Origin: a virus
Length of the DNA stretch: 64,000 bases
IMG/VR virus record: IMGVR_UViG_3300027782_000036
Strand: one strand, 5' to 3'
Shown: positions 58,012 through 64,000 of the stretch, in pieces
How the letters are laid out: the number at the start of each line of letters is the position of its first letter
How positions within the stretch are numbered: the stretch's first letter is position 1
Translations under genes and position numbers: made by a program
The notes under the pieces: model-generated
What the model saw: only the letters and a program-made list of their open reading frames with translations
What the model was told of the DNA's origin: nothing
Database searches by the model: none

Positions 58012-61000
58012 GTGTCACTACCAACGAATGATATAAAATTTAATGTAACGAATGGCCTGGCGGTAGGTGCTTCTGGCATACAAGTAATTAATACATCAGC
58101 TGAATGGGTTGGTAATTCAGGTCCTGGTGAAAGTCCTTATGGCGCTACAGGTCCAGACGGTGTTCAAGGTGCTGATGGTGCTTCAGGTGTTAATGGTGCT
58201 TCGGGTGTAACAGGTCAAGACGGTGCAACAGGTATTGTTGGTACTCGAGCAGAAGATGGCGCTTCAGGTGCTGATGGTCTACAAGGAGCTACAGGTCCTC
58301 TTGGTGCTATAAAACTTCAACATGGATATGAGTGGACTAATGATCAATTACAATGGAGAGGTAATGCATACGCTGGCGGTGCATCTCCAGCAGTATCAAG
58401 ACTAGAATTTCTTCAATCAGATCCTATTTACTCATATTTAAATGCAATATCTCCAGGTACTTCGTTAGTTATAGATTGGACTGGTTTAACTGTTGCTACA
58501 GTTACCACTATAGGCACTGTTCAATCTCCAACAGCATATACTAATGGAAGACATTATCTACAAATAAGTGCAAATCCTGATGGATATTCTTCTGGTGGAT
58601 ATGGATCAACCAATGCATCTGATGTATTAATGATTGGCACAGGTCCACGAAATCAAGGTATTCGTGGAATTGCGGGTGTCGATGGTTCTACAGGTTTAAC
58701 AGGCGTTATAGGTACCGATGGTGCTTCTGGTGTAACAGGCGCTTCAGGTGCTCAAGGTTTAGACGGCGCTACTGGTGCTACAGGCGTAATTGGTATAGAT
58801 GGCGCAACAGGTGTGACGGGTGACGATGGTGCAACGGGTGTTTCAGGTGCAAGATACCATACAACAAGTTCAACTAATCTAGACTTTGGTACACTGTTCA
58901 CTACTTCTATTTTAGTAGATGACGATCACTTAAACTATTCAGCTGGTCAAACTATAATTATTAATGACCTTGCACACGCAGGTCAACATTTTCATGCTAC
59001 AGTTAATTACTATGACCAAGAAACACATGATTTAAACTTCACAGTTATTGACTATGTTGGTACTATATCATCAACTTCATGGGAAATTAACCTTGATGGT
59101 GCAGTAGGTCAAGTGGGGGCTTCAGGTGTAACTGGTACTAATGGTGATCAAGGTCAAATAGGTTCAGATGGCACACAAGGTTCTAACTTTGATTCACAAG
59201 GTGAGACAGGATCAAATGGTGACCAAGGTATTGATGGTTCATTAGGCACACAAGGTTCAAGAGGATCAAATGGGGTTCAAGGTGACCAAGGTATTGCTGG
59301 TTCTGACGGCACACAAGGTTCAAATGGAACACTAGGTGTAAGAGGTGTGACCGGTGAAAATGGCGATCAAGGTGTAGATGGTGATCAAGGAACTTCAGGC
59401 AATAATGGTGCAGTAGGTCAAGATGGTGCTACTGGTGCTCAAGGTGGTGATGGTTCCACCACAACTGGTCCCGTATCATTACTTTTTGGTGTAGCTTATT
59501 CAAATGTCTCTTGGGTAGATGTATCACAAGGTGCTATAGGAATAAATCGTATTGAATATGAATCAACAGAGCCAATAGCATCAACTCTAAATTATTTAAA
59601 CGTAGGTGATACTCTTACTCTAAATTGGGGATACACAAATGGCGGTGGATGGACACAAGCCATAGTAACGGTCACTGAAACATGGACAACAAATGGTGGT
59701 GCAACTGGAACATTTAATGATTGGTATATTGGTGTAGATATTAGTCCTATCACGGAAAGTGGACTTGGATCACCTTCTGTCATATTCTCTACTGCTCCAG
59801 GTGATACAATTGTTTATGAATCATTTACAGGTCCAACAAATACAGGTTATACAGGTTCAACTGGTGCCACAGGTCCTCAAGGAGATGTGGGTAATCAAGG
59901 TTATAATGCTGATCAACTCACTACTGGTAATCCACGTGGTGCATGGGATCCTTACACATTATACTATGTAAATGATATCGTAGTTACTGCTGCTCCTGCT
60001 GATTCACACAGATGTATAGTGCAAAATACAGGCAACGATCCAGATACTACTTCAGGATATTGGGTAACTACAGCTTGGGCTGGTGCTAGTGGTGCTTCAG
60101 GCACAGATGGTGCTTCAGGTGTTACTGGTGAAATTGGTACAGATGGCGCTTCAGGTATAACAGGAGCTAGCGGTGTTACAGGCGATAATGGTCAACAAGG
60201 TATATCTGGATATGATCAATTATATGGTGGTGCAACAGGTTCATTTGGTGCAACAGGTATCGATGGCGCTACAGGCGTTGATGGTGCTTCAGGTGTAACT
60301 GGCACTACTGGTGTAGACGGTGCAACAGGTTCAAACGGATTAAGATTCCATGCACTTGCTGATGGTACATATTCAATTCAAGGTGTAGGTACTAGCACAG
60401 GAGTTACATTATTACCTGACTCACAATCAGAAGATTATTCTTATTCATTTGCAGTTGGTATGTATATTGTTGTTGCTCGTGATGTCAATAACTACATGAT
60501 TGGTATAGTTACTGCATACAATAATACAAATGGTGCATTATCCTTTGACGTAACTACTTCAGTAGGTAGCGGTTCAGGTAGTGGCTGGATAGTCAATCTT
60601 GATGGTGCAGTAGGTATCGCAGGTGCAACTGGTGTAACTGGTCAAGATGGTGCTACAGGTGCTACAGGTACTATAGGTTCTCAAGGTGACCAAGGTGATA
60701 CTGGTTTATCCGGCACTTATGGTGTTCAAGGTACTACAGGTAGAACTGGCGCTACAGGCGTTAAAGGTGACACTGGTCAAAACGGATTAGTAGGTGAAAC
60801 CGGTTCTGATGGTGTCATTGGTGTAACTGGTTTAGATGGTGAACAAGGTGAAACTGGTGCTACAGGCGCTACTGGTGTTACTGGTCTAAAAGGTTTTAGT
60901 TTAGCACAAGGTTCAACTGGTTTAACTGGCACATCACAACAAACTATTAATATATTTGCTGCTAACGAAATTGGAACGGCTAAGTATCTTGTTCAAGGTG

Positions 61001-61509
61001 TATATAGTTCTAACGTTCAAGCTACTGAAGTTATTCTAACACAAAACGGTAGTGGTGTATACATCACAGAATATGCAACACTCAAAACTGGATCTAAAGT
61101 GATGGATGTAACCGCATCTAGTGACGGTTCGGTGATATCACTCAGAGTAACTCCAACAGTTTCTCCTACAACCTACAATTGGGTTCGTGAATCAATTAAA
61201 GGAAGAATTGGTGGAACAACTATAGAAGATATAACTGGAACTAGTTTCTTCTTTTCATATTCACATACAGATAATCCAGCAATTGCAGTAGGTAAAGCTA
61301 ATCTATATTTTGGAACATATTGGACAAACTTAATTAATTTCACATCATTAATTGGTTCAAGTGTAACATTTGATGAAGCTGGTGTTGGACCACAAAGTCC
61401 GGCAGTAGGTGTTGTTGATAGTTGGGACGGCACAACATTAGTTGTAACTATCTCAAGTGGATCATTTACAAATAGAACCACATTGGATAAAATCACCTAT
61501 GGCTACTAA
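58012..61509 (+). CDS. Collagen-like fibre protein 3
   Basis: GTG start; G-X-Y tracts interrupted by globular modules. Confidence 0.9.
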   Translation: MSLPTNDIKFNVTNGLAVGASGIQVINTSAEWVGNSGPGESPYGATGPDGVQGADGASGVNGASGVTGQDGATGIVGTRAEDGASGADGLQGATGPLGAIKLQHGYEWTNDQLQWRGNAYAGGASPAVSRLEFLQSDPIYSYLNAISPGTSLVIDWTGLTVATVTTIGTVQSPTAYTNGRHYLQISANPDGYSSGGYGSTNASDVLMIGTGPRNQGIRGIAGVDGSTGLTGVIGTDGASGVTGASGAQGLDGATGATGVIGIDGATGVTGDDGATGVSGARYHTTSSTNLDFGTLFTTSILVDDDHLNYSAGQTIIINDLAHAGQHFHATVNYYDQETHDLNFTVIDYVGTISSTSWEINLDGAVGQVGASGVTGTNGDQGQIGSDGTQGSNFDSQGETGSNGDQGIDGSLGTQGSRGSNGVQGDQGIAGSDGTQGSNGTLGVRGVTGENGDQGVDGDQGTSGNNGAVGQDGATGAQGGDGSTTTGPVSLLFGVAYSNVSWVDVSQGAIGINRIEYESTEPIASTLNYLNVGDTLTLNWGYTNGGGWTQAIVTVTETWTTNGGATGTFNDWYIGVDISPITESGLGSPSVIFSTAPGDTIVYESFTGPTNTGYTGSTGATGPQGDVGNQGYNADQLTTGNPRGAWDPYTLYYVNDIVVTAAPADSHRCIVQNTGNDPDTTSGYWVTTAWAGASGASGTDGASGVTGEIGTDGASGITGASGVTGDNGQQGISGYDQLYGGATGSFGATGIDGATGVDGASGVTGTTGVDGATGSNGLRFHALADGTYSIQGVGTSTGVTLLPDSQSEDYSYSFAVGMYIVVARDVNNYMIGIVTAYNNTNGALSFDVTTSVGSGSGSGWIVNLDGAVGIAGATGVTGQDGATGATGTIGSQGDQGDTGLSGTYGVQGTTGRTGATGVKGDTGQNGLVGETGSDGVIGVTGLDGEQGETGATGATGVTGLKGFSLAQGSTGLTGTSQQTINIFAANEIGTAKYLVQGVYSSNVQATEVILTQNGSGVYITEYATLKTGSKVMDVTASSDGSVISLRVTPTVSPTTYNWVRESIKGRIGGTTIEDITGTSFFFSYSHTDNPAIAVGKANLYFGTYWTNLINFTSLIGSSVTFDEAGVGPQSPAVGVVDSWDGTTLVVTISSGSFTNRTTLDKITYGY

Positions 61510-61552
61510 TAAATAACATATAACAATCGTATAACACCGGGGAAAATGAACC

Positions 61553-64000
61553 GTGTCAACAACAAATAAATCTTTTCTAGTAAAGAACGGCCTTGCCGTT
61601 GGCGGTGCGTCTGGCATCGTTGAAGTCATTGACACTTCTGGTGCTTGGATTGGTGCAACAGGAACATTACATGGTGCTACAGGATATACTGGTGCTACAG
61701 GATTAACTGGTGCAACTGGTGTTCAAGGTGCTAGTGGTTCTACAGGATTAACTGGTGCTACAGGTGTTCAAGGTTTACAAGGTGCTTCTGGTGCCACAGG
61801 AACTCAAGGCGACCAAGGTGCTAGTGGATCAACAGGATTAACTGGCGCTACAGGTATCCAAGGTTTACAAGGTGCTTCGGGTGCTACAGGCACTGATGGT
61901 ATTCAAGGTGCTTCTGGTGCCACTGGCACACAAGGTGCTTCAGGTTCTACAGGTTTAACTGGTGCTACCGGTGTTCAAGGTAACCAAGGCGCTTCTGGTG
62001 CTACAGGTATTGGTCAACAAGGTGCTAGTGGTTCTACAGGTCTTCAAGGTCCATCCGGACAATCATCGAGTTATTATAACTATAATGCAAAAACTAATCA
62101 GCAATCAGGTGATCCAGGTAGCGGTCATGTAAACTGGAATAACGTTACTCTATTATCATCTACATACCTTCAAATCAGTCATTTAACTGGTGATTCAGTT
62201 GATGTGGATTTATTCCTAAGTATCATTAATCTAAATGATATCATCATTATCCAAGAACAAAATGATTCTTCAAGATTTCAAAAATGGCAAGTCAATGGCA
62301 CTCCAATAGCTCATACGAATTCATACTATGAATTTCCAGTAACACTACTTGATAGTGGAGGTACTGGTATTGGTAATAATAATAGTATCATCGTAGCTAT
62401 CGTATCGACACCAGTTGATGGTGCGACAGGATCTCAAGGTGCTACTGGTTTAACAGGTGCTACAGGTGTTCAAGGTATAACAGGTGCTTCAGGTGCTACA
62501 GGATCACAAGGTAACCAAGGGGCTACCGGCACTCAAGGTATACAAGGTGCTAGTGGTTCAACCGGCCTCACAGGCGCTACCGGTATTCAAGGTTTACAAG
62601 GCGCTTCAGGTGCTACCGGCACTGATGGTGTTCAAGGTGCTTCAGGTTCAACAGGACTTACCGGTGCTACCGGCGTTCAAGGTGCTTCAGGTGCCACAGG
62701 TGCTACAGGTTTCCAAGGTGCTAGTGGTTCTACAGGTCTTACTGGCGCTACTGGCGTTCAAGGAATTCAAGGTGCTTCAGGTGCTACTGGTTTAACTGGT
62801 GCTACTGGTGAAGCTCCGGCAGTTACAATTTATACAGCAAATTCTATTTCTTTAACAGATGGTGTTTATGTTTCAGGTAACGTTCAAAGCATCCAAGCAT
62901 TTAATGATGGTGATCAATACATATTAACAGACGGAAGTCATGCAGGTCCAGCGTGGATATTCAATGTAGATTACATCAATGTAGATAAATTTAATATTGT
63001 TGATCTTAATATTCAATATACTCAGGCTTCAGGCCATACGGTCTATATACAATTATATAATAATAATACATCAACATGGGATTCAATTGGTTCATATAAT
63101 GGTTTAGCTGGTTATTATATGTTTGAACTAGGCGTAATCTCATCATTACCATATGTATCAGCTGGTGTTGTATTATTAAGACTATACCACTCAAATACAG
63201 GTAACGTTTCACATCAATCAAATATAGATTATATTGCTCTTGTAGATTCTATACAAGGCGGTCAAGGTCCTACAGGTAGACCAGGCGCTACAGGTATTTC
63301 TGGTGCTACAGGCGTTCAAGGTATACAAGGCGCATCAGGTGCTACGGGAGCTGCGGGTTCAAATGGTACTAATGGCGCCACAGGTGTTCAAGGTATTCAA
63401 GGTGCTAGTGGCGCAACTGGTATTCAAGGTATTCAAGGTGCATCAGGAGCGACTGGTTCATTCAGTGCATTCACTGCACAGTTTGGTCCACAGACAGCTG
63501 CGACTGGTGCGACAGGTTATGTATTTGTATTAGGTACATTAACAGTAGGTACAGGAGCAACTGGCGCCACTGGTATCACAGGTGCAACTGGTTCTATCAA
63601 TGCTTCAGGTGATATTACAGTTAGAGCTGGTTCGACTACTGGTTCTGCAACAATTACTACACCATCTACTGAATTAGTATTAACACAAACTGGTGATCAA
63701 TATGGTCCTTCAACTTTAAGGCTACAAAGTCGTACTGGCTTAAATGGCGCTTTATTTGATTGTTCCGCTAATCCTTATGCTTTAGTTGATTTTGGATTTA
63801 AAACATCTGCCGCACAAAGAGTTTTAAGATTTGAAACAAGACCTGTTTTTGGTATTATTACTCAAGTTACACCTCGTGAATTCCAAATTGGCGATGCAGG
63901 TACTCCAACTTTAGTTACTGACGATACTGTAGTATTAGTAAACAAAACTACAGCATCAACCTCTACCACCTCTGGTGCTTTACAGGTCAAGGGTGGAGCA
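61553..64000 (+). CDS. Collagen-like fibre protein 4, truncated by the window end (at least 816 codons)
   Basis: GTG start MSTTNKSFLVKNGLAVGG, paralogous to the previous two N-termini; missing from the ORF track, consistent with no stop before the window end. Confidence 0.88.
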   Translation, partial: MSTTNKSFLVKNGLAVGGASGIVEVIDTSGAWIGATGTLHGATGYTGATGLTGATGVQGASGSTGLTGATGVQGLQGASGATGTQGDQGASGSTGLTGATGIQGLQGASGATGTDGIQGASGATGTQGASGSTGLTGATGVQGNQGASGATGIGQQGASGSTGLQGPSGQSSSYYNYNAKTNQQSGDPGSGHVNWNNVTLLSSTYLQISHLTGDSVDVDLFLSIINLNDIIIIQEQNDSSRFQKWQVNGTPIAHTNSYYEFPVTLLDSGGTGIGNNNSIIVAIVSTPVDGATGSQGATGLTGATGVQGITGASGATGSQGNQGATGTQGIQGASGSTGLTGATGIQGLQGASGATGTDGVQGASGSTGLTGATGVQGASGATGATGFQGASGSTGLTGATGVQGIQGASGATGLTGATGEAPAVTIYTANSISLTDGVYVSGNVQSIQAFNDGDQYILTDGSHAGPAWIFNVDYINVDKFNIVDLNIQYTQASGHTVYIQLYNNNTSTWDSIGSYNGLAGYYMFELGVISSLPYVSAGVVLLRLYHSNTGNVSHQSNIDYIALVDSIQGGQGPTGRPGATGISGATGVQGIQGASGATGAAGSNGTNGATGVQGIQGASGATGIQGIQGASGATGSFSAFTAQFGPQTAATGATGYVFVLGTLTVGTGATGATGITGATGSINASGDITVRAGSTTGSATITTPSTELVLTQTGDQYGPSTLRLQSRTGLNGALFDCSANPYALVDFGFKTSAAQRVLRFETRPVFGIITQVTPREFQIGDAGTPTLVTDDTVVLVNKTTASTSTTSGALQVKGGA

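Noticed and set aside
56433-63533. V/L/Q-rich alternative-frame ORFs (e.g. 56433-56774, 62484-62795, 63303-63533) and antisense PVAP ORFs
   Set aside because: Frame shadows of GGT-GCT-ACN collagen codons.
1-64000. tRNA/rRNA genes, introns, inteins, integrase, stop-codon reassignment
   Set aside because: None recognised by eye; core genes are uninterrupted under the standard code. tRNAscan-SE and Infernal would be needed to exclude RNAs formally.

Overview
A 64-kb, AT-rich segment of a large T4-like (Tevenvirinae/Kyanoviridae-type) myophage genome. The host is probably Gram-negative, inferred from the sigma70 promoters, Fur-like boxes and a phage-encoded outer-membrane beta-barrel. Layout: (i) 1-9 kb, leftward early/accessory small ORFs fed by repeated promoter cassettes, plus a ~900-bp non-coding region with a promoter array, two Fur-box-like sites and iteron-like repeats. 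(ii) 9-21 kb, rightward early/middle genes: two AAA ATPases, a glycosyltransferase, a methyltransferase, a pyrimidine-dimer-glycosylase-like protein, an exonuclease, a signal-peptide HNH, a porin, an SleB hydrolase, gp33, gp59 and gp32. (iii) 21-26 kb, leftward tail/head genes: tape-measure-like, gp51, gp26, gp54, gp2, gp4. (iv) 26-50 kb, baseplate and fibre genes: gp48, 53, 27-like, 5 with a C-terminal GH19 domain, 25, 6, 7, 8, VrlC-like and an S74-chaperone fibre. (v) 50-64 kb, a glycosyl/methyltransferase cassette followed by four Thr/Ser-rich collagen-like fibre genes, the last running off the window. Top findings: an exported 105-aa accessory protein that is 61% identical over 54 aa to the C-terminal extension of the phage's own gp54 (candidate decoy or superinfection-exclusion system); a probable virion glycosylation system for collagen fibres; Fur boxes in a promoter/origin-like region; and a probable -1 frameshift joining gp26 to gp51. 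All family assignments come from motif recognition by eye; no database search was run. No tRNA, rRNA or CRISPR array was recognised.
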